Positions 33,092 to 41,588 of a stretch of 64,000 nt of DNA are shown one piece after another. The notes under the pieces are model-generated. The model was not told the origin of the DNA, did no database searches, and saw only the letters and a program-made list of their open reading frames with translations. Within the stretch, counting starts at the first letter, position 1, and every line of letters starts with the position of its first letter. The translations under genes and the position numbers were made by a program. This DNA comes from an uncultured virus (IMG/VR IMGVR_UViG_2061766007_000813) (lineage: Duplodnaviria; Heunggongvirae; Uroviricota; Caudoviricetes), in IMG/VR virus record IMGVR_UViG_2061766007_000813, one strand, 5' to 3'.

Positions 33092-34315
33092 ATGGACGAA
33101 AAGATTTTCGAGAGTTTCAATGAAGCAATCAACTATCTTAATTCACATTTTAACGGGCATGGCACGGTCATTGGCGCGAACACGGGCAAAATACTGAAGA
33201 CGTGCAGGTGCTCGCATGGTGCTGACATGACAGTGTACGCCAAAGACGAGGAAAAGTACATCAACCACTCCAAGGACGAGGAAATGTACAAAGACTTGTA
33301 TGGAGGCGGAAAGACCAGAGTCCTGACCCCGAAGGATGAATTGAAGGGCATCCGTAACGGAGTGTTCCTCGCGGGTCCAGCGACACGTGGAGACAAGACA
33401 ATCGGCTGGCGCGAGGAATTCATCAACCAGTTCAGGATGCGCAACTGCGACTGTACCATCTTGAACCCAGAGGTGTCAGGATACGGGGAGTTCAGTGACG
33501 AGCAGTACAGGAGGCAGACCGAATGGGAAATCACGGCGATGCATCTCGCCACGAGAATCATCTTCTGGATTCCCCGCACGAAAGAGCATCCCGCGCTGAC
33601 GACGAACATTGAATTCGGGGAATGGTTCTCGAACAAGGCGACTTATGTCGGTTATCCGATTTGTTCCGAACACAACCGTTATATCGGCACGAAGTGCGAA
33701 CAGGCGGGGAAGACCCCGTACCACTGCATTACACGGCTTTGCGGAGCGGTCTATCAGGACATCGAAGGCGTTGCTGATAAGCCCCATGCGTATTTCACCA
33801 GCGACACCCACTTCGGCTCTGACCGCACGTTCGAACTGTCCAAACGCCCGTTCCTGAACGTGAGGGACATGGACTTGAAGATGGCTTCAAACTGGAACAA
33901 GACCGTCCGAGCCTGCGACACGGTGTACCATCTTGGCGACTTCGGCGACTGGGGGATGCTTCAGAACTTGAACTGCGCGAGGCTCGTGCTCGTCGAAGGC
34001 AACTACGAGAAGAAAGAAGGCGGAATCCCGACCGACAAGAGGATTGAAGTCCACGACAAGCCGATGAACGTCAAGATGCAGAACAGAATCTACACGCTCG
34101 TCCATGAGCCATACGCGGATTACGGGAGGAACGAATTCTACCTGTTCGGTCATATCCACCAGTTGCAGTATGTCAAGCTCAACGGAATCAACGTCGGGGT
34201 TGACTGCAACAACTTCACCCCCGTTGACGTGGCTACCATCGACTTCAGAAGGGATGCCATTAAGGGGCATTACGACAAGAACGTGTTTTGCAGGGAGGTC
34301 GGGAAGCACGAATGA
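33092..34315 (+). CDS. Nucleoside 2-deoxyribosyltransferase-like domain fused to a calcineurin-like metallophosphoesterase
   Basis: VFLAGP...W...ILNP...QTEWE...TTNIEFG, then SDTHFG, HLGDF, GNYE, HEP, GHIH and NVGVD. Confidence 0.82.
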   Translation: MDEKIFESFNEAINYLNSHFNGHGTVIGANTGKILKTCRCSHGADMTVYAKDEEKYINHSKDEEMYKDLYGGGKTRVLTPKDELKGIRNGVFLAGPATRGDKTIGWREEFINQFRMRNCDCTILNPEVSGYGEFSDEQYRRQTEWEITAMHLATRIIFWIPRTKEHPALTTNIEFGEWFSNKATYVGYPICSEHNRYIGTKCEQAGKTPYHCITRLCGAVYQDIEGVADKPHAYFTSDTHFGSDRTFELSKRPFLNVRDMDLKMASNWNKTVRACDTVYHLGDFGDWGMLQNLNCARLVLVEGNYEKKEGGIPTDKRIEVHDKPMNVKMQNRIYTLVHEPYADYGRNEFYLFGHIHQLQYVKLNGINVGVDCNNFTPVDVATIDFRRDAIKGHYDKNVFCREVGKHE

Positions 34316-34803
34316 AACGAATCCCGTCGTTGATAAGGCAGAGGAGGCGCAAGTGGACTCCCCGCTTCGACGAGGCGGTGACATATTGTCTTCATTGCAA
34401 GAAATTCTATGTCGGCATCGGGAAGACGACGATGACGACATGCAACAGGCTCCGTGGGAGAATCGGAGCCGTATGCTGTATCGAGAGGAACGGCTTGGAG
34501 ATGACTAAATTCAAGGCGGTCAGAAGACGGAAGAACAAGCATCGGCTCGTGTCGTATGACCGCAGAATCATCGAAGGGCTGAAGTTGAAGAGCGTGGACA
34601 AGAAGAGGACAAGGATTTTCCCTGTCCTGCATTCAGAGGACCCTATATGTTTTCTAAGAGATGACAACTATTGCGAATGCAAGAAATTGTTCATCTCGCC
34701 CTTCAGGAGGTTTTTGAAGGGCGAGCATTGCCCTTTGAATCCAGACGACAGGAATTGCGAATTTCATCTTGAAAGGTCAATGGAAAAATGGAACAAGATG
34801 TGA
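34312..34803 (+). CDS. Cys-scaffold paralog array member 1
   Basis: YCLHCKKF ... NCEFHLERSMEKWNK. Confidence 0.75.
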   Translation: MKRIPSLIRQRRRKWTPRFDEAVTYCLHCKKFYVGIGKTTMTTCNRLRGRIGAVCCIERNGLEMTKFKAVRRRKNKHRLVSYDRRIIEGLKLKSVDKKRTRIFPVLHSEDPICFLRDDNYCECKKLFISPFRRFLKGEHCPLNPDDRNCEFHLERSMEKWNKM

Positions 34804-35145
34804 GAAAATACTGCATCGATTGCCCGTATTGCCACGCCGTCCTTTACTTCAACATGGATTTGAGCATTGGCGACAGTTTTGACGCATGCATGGACGGTCT
34901 NNNNNNNNNNATTTGCCAACAACGACGTTCGTTATTTATGGATTGATTCGTCGGAGTTGGAAAAGGCTTTCGGAGAGCAATTGGACCACATGCTCGCGGT
35001 CAGGTACAGCGTGACCGAACTCCCGTCACAGATGAAGAAATATACTGATGAATATGTCGGGAGTGAATTGTTCAAGCATTATTGCGAAGACCAGAGATGC
35101 CCGTACTACGCGGAACTGCGACTTGAGGAGTGGAACAAGGAATGA
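34788..35145 (+). CDS. Cys-scaffold paralog array member 2 (N-gap inside)
   Basis: Manual translation gives MEQDVRKYCIDCPYC before the gap and RCPYYAELRLEEWNKE after it. Confidence 0.7.
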
Positions 35146-35496
35146 AACAAGAAGAGACCAGAAGCCCGTGCCTTGACTGTGAAATGCACACATTCATTTT
35201 CAAATACGAATATTGCGACAGCGACAGGAAATTCATCCTAGGCAGAATTCTTTCATTGTGCAGAAAAAATCCTACCGATTTGGGCTTTTTGAAAGAAATA
35301 ACGATAGGTTACGACGAATACCAGAATTGCAGGGAAAAACGGTATTTGGATTTTTCCTTCGACAGCAATGTTCCTTCCAAAACGCTTCAGGAATATATAA
35401 AAAGTGTCAATTTTCAGGGCTATATCCTTGACAAATCGGATAAACGGTGCATCTTATATGTGGAAAGGAATCTTGAAGAATGGAGCAACACGATGT
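35142..35496 (+). CDS. Cys-scaffold paralog array member 3
   Basis: PCLDCEMH ... RCILYVERNLEEWSN; ends at the N-gap. Confidence 0.7.
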
Positions 35497-35506
35497 NNNN
35501 NNNNNN

Positions 35507-35903
35507 TCCGTGCCTTGACTGTGAAATGCACACATTCATTTTCAAATACGAATATTGTGACAGCGACAGAAAATTCATCCTAGGCAGAATTCTTTCATTA
35601 TGCAGAAAACATGCCTGTTTTAGCTTTTTGAAAGAAATAATGATAGGTTACGACGAATACCAGAATTGCAAGGGAAAACGATATTTGGATTTTGCCTTCG
35701 ATAGCAATGTTCCTTCCAAAACGCTTCAGGAATATATGAAAAGTGTCAATTTTCAGGACTATATCCTTGACAAATCGGATAAACGGTGCATCTTATATGT
35801 GGAAAGAAATCTTGAAGAATGGAACAACAAGGAACCCGATAATGAAACTAAGCAAACTATGCGCCAAATGCCCGAAGAAGCTGTGGATGGTCACGAAGGA
35901 TGA
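35507..35903 (+). CDS. Cys-scaffold paralog array member 4 (near-duplicate of member 3)
   Basis: PCLDCEMH ... RCILYVERNLEEWNN; start hidden in the N-gap. Confidence 0.6.
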
Positions 35904-36222
35904 ACGCAATCCGAGAGTCGTGAGATGTCATTGCGAGACGGGGGATGAAGACGTGACTGAATCATTCCAGAACACAATTGTGACAAACGTCGTGATGAAC
36001 AACGGGGCGTTAAAGAAGTCCGACAAGAAGAACAGATTGAGGATATGGGAGTTCCAGAAGGATTCCCGCGAATTCTACTCGCTGATGTTCGACGGCACTG
36101 GGGACAGGCATTACGCCATGAGCGAGTCCGACTTTCAAAAACTGATAGCAACTCATGTCAAGAACTGCCCGTTCTACGCGGAGGCGTTGGTTGCCGACTT
36201 GAACGGCGGGGACGAGGAATGA
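35842..36222 (+). CDS. Cys-scaffold paralog array member 5
   Basis: MKLSKLCAKCPK ... NCPFYAEALVADLN. Confidence 0.72.
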   Translation: MKLSKLCAKCPKKLWMVTKDERNPRVVRCHCETGDEDVTESFQNTIVTNVVMNNGALKKSDKKNRLRIWEFQKDSREFYSLMFDGTGDRHYAMSESDFQKLIATHVKNCPFYAEALVADLNGGDEE

Positions 36223-36225
36223 CGC

Positions 36226-36861
36226 ATGTCTGGAATGTCCGAACTATGCGCGAACTGCCCCCACTTCTGGCTGAGGCTCGACCTGTGGTGGAATAATTCA
36301 AACCAAATCGGGAAGCCGTCTGGCGGGTTAATCCAGACGAGCTTCCTTTATGGTCTTTGCGAGGATGACAAGGAAATCAGCACGGTCGAAGCCAACCATA
36401 CGCCTTTTTTCCGTCATCAGAATGAAGGAAGGCGTGTGTATTTCAAAGCTGACGAAGTGTTCAAGTCGCCATGCTATCATAATGAGTGGTATGAATGGTA
36501 TTTCAAGCCAGAGGATACGATAAATTCATTGAAGGAACAAGTGACAAGGTACATGAACAGCAATCCATGTCCGCTAACAGGGGATGATGTCTTGAAGTTC
36601 AAATGCAAGTATCCGACAGAGAACAAGATTTTCGAGTGGAACGAGGAGAAGACGGATGAGCGAACAATTATCATTCATCAAGATATGCCAGCAGTGCCCA
36701 AGGAAGTGCATTCTGAGAGAGACGAATTATGGAATCGAATTCTACGCCTGCTTTTCAAGCGAAAATGCATTCAAGCATTTTATCGCCGATTTTCAGAGCA
36801 TATCAGGGCATTTGTTTGTGCTGTCAAGGACAAAGCCCGTATTTTTTTCTCCAGTGATTGA
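36226..36861 (+). CDS. Cys-scaffold paralog array member 6
   Basis: MSGMSELCANCPHF ... KCKYPTENKIFEWNE, then the frame continues over the next gene. Confidence 0.7.
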   Translation: MSGMSELCANCPHFWLRLDLWWNNSNQIGKPSGGLIQTSFLYGLCEDDKEISTVEANHTPFFRHQNEGRRVYFKADEVFKSPCYHNEWYEWYFKPEDTINSLKEQVTRYMNSNPCPLTGDDVLKFKCKYPTENKIFEWNEEKTDERTIIIHQDMPAVPKEVHSERDELWNRILRLLFKRKCIQAFYRRFSEHIRAFVCAVKDKARIFFSSD

Positions 36862-37039
36862 GTATTCGGATGTCCTATGTCATGACACAGAGTATGCTAA
36901 GAACTTTTGCGGATTGAAGAGAGAAAAGATTGAACTGACTGACAGTGAATTCCATGAAATAATGAAAGGGCATCTGAAAGGATGCGAATACTACGCCGAA
37001 ATAAAGATGACGGAATGGAACGAAGACAAAGAGAATTGA
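36656..37039 (+). CDS. Cys-scaffold paralog array member 7
   Basis: ICQQCPRK ... GCEYYAEIKMTEWNE; GAGGAG SD-like sequence upstream. Confidence 0.72.
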   Translation: MSEQLSFIKICQQCPRKCILRETNYGIEFYACFSSENAFKHFIADFQSISGHLFVLSRTKPVFFSPVIEYSDVLCHDTEYAKNFCGLKREKIELTDSEFHEIMKGHLKGCEYYAEIKMTEWNEDKEN

Positions 37040-37040
37040 C

Positions 37041-37198
37041 ATGGAAGAAAAAAAGACCAATGGCGGGATGGGGAAATACTGCCTGCAATGCCCGAAGTTC
37101 ACTTTGTTTTTTCATTGGAGTGAATGCGGAATCGAATCCCTGTTGGGGACGTTTTGTTCTGTAAGGGTGCGGGGAGCATGCAGGACAAAATGTGGATA
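37041..37198 (+). CDS. Cys-scaffold paralog array member 8 (5' part, truncated by an N-gap)
   Basis: Manual translation gives MEEKKTNGGMGKYCLQCPKF. Confidence 0.65.
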
Positions 37199-37209
37199 NN
37201 NNNNNNNNT

Positions 37210-37590
37210 GACCAGTGCCCTTACTTCAAGATGTACTACAGCTTCACCGAAGTTGGGGACCTGTACGCGATAGGGTACATGCATGGTGAATGCTGGAACG
37301 CCAAGGCGAATGGATACACGCCAGAGACGGCGGAAACAGCGTTCGTCAGGGTCGAGGTCGGCGGGATTGTGCAGAAGCCTATTGTGACTAACATATGGGA
37401 CACGTGGGATTCGGAAACGAAGCGGTACAACAATGACGACTCTTTCAGGTATAAGGCTGGACAAATACCTTCGGAGCTTTGGATGCAGACCCACACGTAC
37501 ACGTACTATAGGGATTGCGTGCTTGACAAAAGCAACAGGGAGTGCATCTTCTATGCCGAAAGAAATCTTGAGGAGTGGAACAAGGAGTAG
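37210..37590 (+). CDS. Cys-scaffold paralog array member 9 (start in an N-gap)
   Basis: DQCPYF ... ECIFYAERNLEEWNKE. Confidence 0.7.
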   Translation, partial: DQCPYFKMYYSFTEVGDLYAIGYMHGECWNAKANGYTPETAETAFVRVEVGGIVQKPIVTNIWDTWDSETKRYNNDDSFRYKAGQIPSELWMQTHTYTYYRDCVLDKSNRECIFYAERNLEEWNKE

Positions 37591-37592
37591 AA

Positions 37593-37949
37593 ATGAAAGG
37601 AATGCAAAAATACTGTGTGAACTGTCCGAAATTCGTTATGGACTGGAGAAGGAACGATGAAAGTAATAGGGAAGATGAATATTGGATAGGAAGACTGAAC
37701 GGTGGATGTCTTAATTGGGTTGGGCATTATGACGAATTAGATGGAGCTGTTCTTCCAGCCAATGATAAAATTTGCAAAAGAATGAAAAGAAAATGGAAAA
37801 TAGGCTTCCGATTTACCGCATCGAACGTTCCAGAGCCAATCAGGGAGAAATTCGAGGAATACGTCAGTAGCCGAGAATGTCCGATTTCAAGTGGCAATAA
37901 GAGATGCGAAATGTATGTGGAAAGACTTTTGGAGAAACTTTCAAAATGA
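37593..37949 (+). CDS. Cys-scaffold paralog array member 10
   Basis: MKGMQKYCVNCPKF ... RCEMYVERLLEKLSK. Confidence 0.75.
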   Translation: MKGMQKYCVNCPKFVMDWRRNDESNREDEYWIGRLNGGCLNWVGHYDELDGAVLPANDKICKRMKRKWKIGFRFTASNVPEPIREKFEEYVSSRECPISSGNKRCEMYVERLLEKLSK

Positions 37950-38386
37950 AGAAAATCGAAGCGTTGGAATATTGCAAGAAATGCCAGAATTTTCGTTTCA
38001 GGTTTGATTTCAAGAGCCATCACAAATCAAAGCATAATATTGGTGGATATACATGCTGTGATACTTGTGGTTTGTGCCTGATTTCTGATAAACTTGTAAG
38101 GGTGGAAGAAGGCAGGATAAAAATCCGAATCAACATACCTGATTCAGTAATAGATTCCTCTGACAATAAAGATTTCAAAACTTTTAAAACTTTTTTCAAA
38201 TCATTCATTGAAGAACACACACATAATAGCATGTCGTTTCGCATATCAAGTATACCAGAGCCATTATTATCATGCGTTGATAATTATTTAATGAAACAAG
38301 GGCGTTGCATGATAAATGAAGATGACAAAGAATGTTGTTTTCATATGGAAAGGATGCTTGAAAAATGGAACAAGGAGCAGAAATGA
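37946..38386 (+). CDS. Cys-scaffold paralog array member 11
   Basis: EYCKKCQNF ... ECCFHMERMLEKWNKE. Confidence 0.75.
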   Translation: MKKIEALEYCKKCQNFRFRFDFKSHHKSKHNIGGYTCCDTCGLCLISDKLVRVEEGRIKIRINIPDSVIDSSDNKDFKTFKTFFKSFIEEHTHNSMSFRISSIPEPLLSCVDNYLMKQGRCMINEDDKECCFHMERMLEKWNKEQK

Positions 38387-38778
38387 AAGGGATGCAAAAA
38401 TATTGCATAAACTGCCCGAAGTTCAAAATTGTATTTGACAGAAAGACGCTTGACGACTATGACCAGCCTGTGATTTCAGGTCGTATCTTCGGGATATGTT
38501 GGGACTATTATATGTTCACTTGTTTTCCACCAGGCACGGATGTGAAAGCGACTATTGCAAGCAAGGATTTCGGTCGGAAGATTTGCCAGAAGGATGATTT
38601 GAAATATGGGTATGATTGTGTTTACGACAATGGCAGAATTCCCGATTCATTGAAAGAGCAAGTTGAAAAATATGTTGCCACGCATGAATGTCCGTGGACG
38701 AAAGAATTGATGGAAAGAGAAGACGAACATTACTGCCCGTTTTGGATGGAAAGGAGTATTGAAGAATGGAACCAATGA
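38383..38778 (+). CDS. Cys-scaffold paralog array member 12
   Basis: MKGMQKYCINCPKF ... YCPFWMERSIEEWNQ. Confidence 0.75.
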   Translation: MKGMQKYCINCPKFKIVFDRKTLDDYDQPVISGRIFGICWDYYMFTCFPPGTDVKATIASKDFGRKICQKDDLKYGYDCVYDNGRIPDSLKEQVEKYVATHECPWTKELMEREDEHYCPFWMERSIEEWNQ

Positions 38779-39200
38779 ATGAAAATGAAAAAGTAAAAGG
38801 CATGGGCGAATTCTGCACGAAATGCCCTCGTTTCAAAATCGTGATGACCTACGACGACGTATATGACGACATGATAGCATTGCCGTCTTTTATTCCGTTG
38901 GTGATAAAGGGATATTGTGACAATGTTTCCTTTATTGAGCATTACAAGTACGAGCATTCCTATCAGGGAATGATTAATGCCCAGAAGGAGAAGCTCTTTC
39001 TTGACATCCCTCGCGAGAAGTTGAGGGAATTCATGAAAACTTCATTTTTCGAGGTAAAATACGACGATGTTCCGCAGTATCTTAAAAAGGACATACAGAA
39101 ATATGTTGATTCGCAAGTGTGCCCGTTGCGGAATGATGACAAGGAATGCGCGATGTACACCGAAAGAACGGTGAAGAAATTGAATGAGCCATCGGAATGA
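38775..39200 (+). CDS. Cys-scaffold paralog array member 13
   Basis: KGMGEFCTKCPRF ... ECAMYTERTVKKLN. Confidence 0.75.
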   Translation: MNENEKVKGMGEFCTKCPRFKIVMTYDDVYDDMIALPSFIPLVIKGYCDNVSFIEHYKYEHSYQGMINAQKEKLFLDIPREKLREFMKTSFFEVKYDDVPQYLKKDIQKYVDSQVCPLRNDDKECAMYTERTVKKLNEPSE

Positions 39201-39204
39201 AAAT

Positions 39205-39234
39205 TTGCATTTTTTGAAACTGGATGTATATTAA
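39205..39234 (+). promoter_or_regulatory. Sigma70-like promoter, TTGCAT-N16-TATATTAA
   Basis: Recurring motif upstream of the HD-domain gene. Confidence 0.65.
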
Positions 39235-39270
39235 TGGTATAATTAAGAAAGAGATTAGAAAAGGAGTCCT

Positions 39271-39873
39271 TTGAAAATGGAACTTAACGAATACATCCAG
39301 ATTGTCAAATCCGAAATCATCCCACAGGATGAGGAAATCGCCCGTGCGATTTTGGAAAAATATCTTACACGGACGAAGGCGCATGTCAAATCCGTGAATG
39401 AGTACGCGAAGAAGGCGTGCGAAGTCTTGAAGGATTATGACTGGTGTTGCCTGCTGAAAGCCAATGCGGTCATGCACGATTCCGACAAGCTGAACGACGG
39501 TGCGTTCATTGCGCATTATGCGCCTTATGTCGTCAAACGCTATGCCGATGGCGGTCTTCAAGACAAGTTCGTTGTGACAGAAAACTACAACAAGCAGTGG
39601 AACGACTACTACGTAGTCCAGCATTGCAAGAAGAACGGGCATCATCCAGAGGGATGGGACAAGACATATACCTACGGTGACAACTTTCCTCCTTACGACG
39701 CTACCTCCATGCCACCAGAGTACATGGCTGAGATGGTATGCGACTGGTGCGCAGTCGGAAAGGAGCAGGGGAACGACCCGATGGACTGGTTCAAAAAGGT
39801 GAACAAGGAAAGATTCATTTTCACGGAGGCGCAACAGGAATTCATCAAGAGGCTGATAGAAGCCATACGTTAG
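39271..39873 (+). CDS. HD-domain phosphohydrolase (DUF5662-like)
   Basis: AHVKSV...MHDSDK...HCKKNGHHPE...EMVCDW motifs. Confidence 0.78.
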   Translation: MKMELNEYIQIVKSEIIPQDEEIARAILEKYLTRTKAHVKSVNEYAKKACEVLKDYDWCCLLKANAVMHDSDKLNDGAFIAHYAPYVVKRYADGGLQDKFVVTENYNKQWNDYYVVQHCKKNGHHPEGWDKTYTYGDNFPPYDATSMPPEYMAEMVCDWCAVGKEQGNDPMDWFKKVNKERFIFTEAQQEFIKRLIEAIR

Positions 39874-39875
39874 GA

Positions 39876-40244
39876 ATGGACAGCTATTTCTGCAAAAACT
39901 GCGACAGGTTGAAATGCGTTCTCATCGAGAACACGTACTGCGGGAAGACGAAACCCCCGTACAGGAAGCTGTTTTTGCAATTGATATGCGACAGGAAGGT
40001 GCTGGCGATGGAGCCGATAGGGAATTCCGAGCCTGTTGACAGTGACTATGCCCTGCTTTGCAAACCGAAGTATGCGTGTTCCAATATCGTGACGGAGGAA
40101 TTCCTTTCCAAGCAGATGATGGATGATTATGAAGATGCGAAGGACAGGGCTTTCAGGAGAATCAATTCATGTGAGCTGAACAAGATGCCAGTCAACTGCG
40201 AATATCTGTTCGAGCAGGAATTCAGCAGTATGAACAGGGCTTGA
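39876..40244 (+). CDS. Cys-scaffold paralog array member 14 (divergent)
   Basis: MDSYFCKNCDRL ... NCEYLFEQEFSSMN. Confidence 0.6.
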   Translation: MDSYFCKNCDRLKCVLIENTYCGKTKPPYRKLFLQLICDRKVLAMEPIGNSEPVDSDYALLCKPKYACSNIVTEEFLSKQMMDDYEDAKDRAFRRINSCELNKMPVNCEYLFEQEFSSMNRA

Positions 40245-40253
40245 TTTATTACA

Positions 40254-40874
40254 ATGATTCATTTAAACAAAGGAGTGATGATGAAAAAGAAAGAAAAAAC
40301 TTACTTGTGCTGTGAATACGGGGAATTGTCTGATGACGGCAAAATGAAATGCATGTCTTTTGACAATAGAAACAAAGATTGCGAATGCTGGAAAAAAGGC
40401 ATGATGACCAACAAGATGTGTTCGGTCGAGCAAGCGAATCACGCATACAATGCCCGTGTTAGGAAGAATTTGAAGACATCGGAGATAGTTTCCGTCAAAT
40501 GCGATTCATTTGCAATCAGGGAAAATGGGATAAAGCTGTATTTCTACGACCCAAGGATTGATGCGACACAACGCGATACGGACATTCACATCGTATGGGA
40601 CAAATCCTCGTCGTTCCAATGTGACGGGTTCCTCGGCTCATCGGTGAAAGAAGGAAAGCTTACAACCGTCAGTCAGGCATGCGACTGGTTCATGCATTGC
40701 CTTGATGAATTGGAAATGGATTTCCAGCAGAAGATTAAAGCCATCAAGTCATTGAAGAAAAGGATGGCGAAGGGGATGCTTGAAAACCACGTCCAGATGA
40801 CGGACGAGGAAAAAGGAAAGATGATGAAAGTGTTTGAAACGGGAACAGGCGACATTCCGATTGATTATGATTGA
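40254..40874 (+). CDS. Cys-rich hypothetical protein, paralog of the next gene
   Basis: KTYLCCEYGE, DSFAIRENGIKL, QACDW and RMAKGMLE motifs. Confidence 0.72.
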   Translation: MIHLNKGVMMKKKEKTYLCCEYGELSDDGKMKCMSFDNRNKDCECWKKGMMTNKMCSVEQANHAYNARVRKNLKTSEIVSVKCDSFAIRENGIKLYFYDPRIDATQRDTDIHIVWDKSSSFQCDGFLGSSVKEGKLTTVSQACDWFMHCLDELEMDFQQKIKAIKSLKKRMAKGMLENHVQMTDEEKGKMMKVFETGTGDIPIDYD

Positions 40875-40915
40875 TTTTCATCTGACTCCATGCCATATTA
40901 ACATGGAGTCTTTTT
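40871..40915 (+). promoter_or_regulatory. Overlapping terminator hairpin and promoter (TTGATT-N17-CATATTAA, with the -10-like box in the loop)
   Basis: GACTCCATG-ccatattaa-CATGGAGTC-TTTTT. Confidence 0.65.
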
Positions 40916-40931
40916 ATGTTAAAGGAATACG

Positions 40932-41588
40932 ATGATGAACAAATATTTGAAAAAGACATATGATTGTTGTAAACAGGGGGAATGGTCTCCTGAGAAAAAT
41001 CATGTTATTTGCAAGCTCACGAAGCAGGAATGCCCTGGATTCTCATTCTTCCATTATGATTTCAGTGCTTCAAACTGTCTGTGCAGAGATAACAACGGAA
41101 ACAAGAAAAAGGCATTCAAGAAGTTCGATTTGTCAATTGAATCAAGACCGATGCCTGAATTAAAGACAAAACACGACGATGCCTTTGCCATACAAGAAGG
41201 GGGTGTCAAGATATTGTTTGACAAGAATGCCGAGCAGGATTCATGGTTTCCTGAACACAATAACAATACTGAGGTGATACTTGAGTTTAGAAACGATAAA
41301 TTAGGCATTTATGAACGGTTCGACAGCATGACGAAGGCATGCGACTGGTCGATTGTCCAGTTACAGCAGGCGAAAGCTGAAATGGAATCCATGCTTGTAA
41401 ACATCGACCGTGCGATTGACAGGTTGGCAAACGGAATGCTTGAAGGATATGTCAAGATGGATGGCAATGAAAAGGACAAACTCTATCCTTATTACATAGA
41501 GGAAGACAGGGTGGTTGTGAAATTAAGGCACGGGGAGAATCCCCATGTCAATAAAATAAAAGAGAAGAAAGATGATAAAGTCAGTTAG
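40932..41588 (+). CDS. Cys-rich hypothetical protein, paralog of the previous gene
   Basis: KTYDCCKQGE, DAFAIQEGGVKI, KACDW and RLANGMLE motifs. Confidence 0.72.
   Translation: MMNKYLKKTYDCCKQGEWSPEKNHVICKLTKQECPGFSFFHYDFSASNCLCRDNNGNKKKAFKKFDLSIESRPMPELKTKHDDAFAIQEGGVKILFDKNAEQDSWFPEHNNNTEVILEFRNDKLGIYERFDSMTKACDWSIVQLQQAKAEMESMLVNIDRAIDRLANGMLEGYVKMDGNEKDKLYPYYIEEDRVVVKLRHGENPHVNKIKEKKDDKVS

Noticed and set aside
33780..34315. Metallophosphoesterase as the SbcD/Mre11 partner of the split SbcC
   Set aside because: The domain is short (about 180 aa), is fused to an unrelated domain, and resembles small phage phosphoesterases; not fully excluded.
35142..35830. Possible diversity-generating retroelement TR/VR pair
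   Set aside because: Differences include C/T changes and an indel rather than being adenine-specific, and no reverse transcriptase is visible in the window.
34312..39200. CRISPR array or integron cassette array
   Set aside because: The recurring elements are degenerate coding junctions about 350-450 nt apart, without identical repeats, attC-like palindromes or an integrase.
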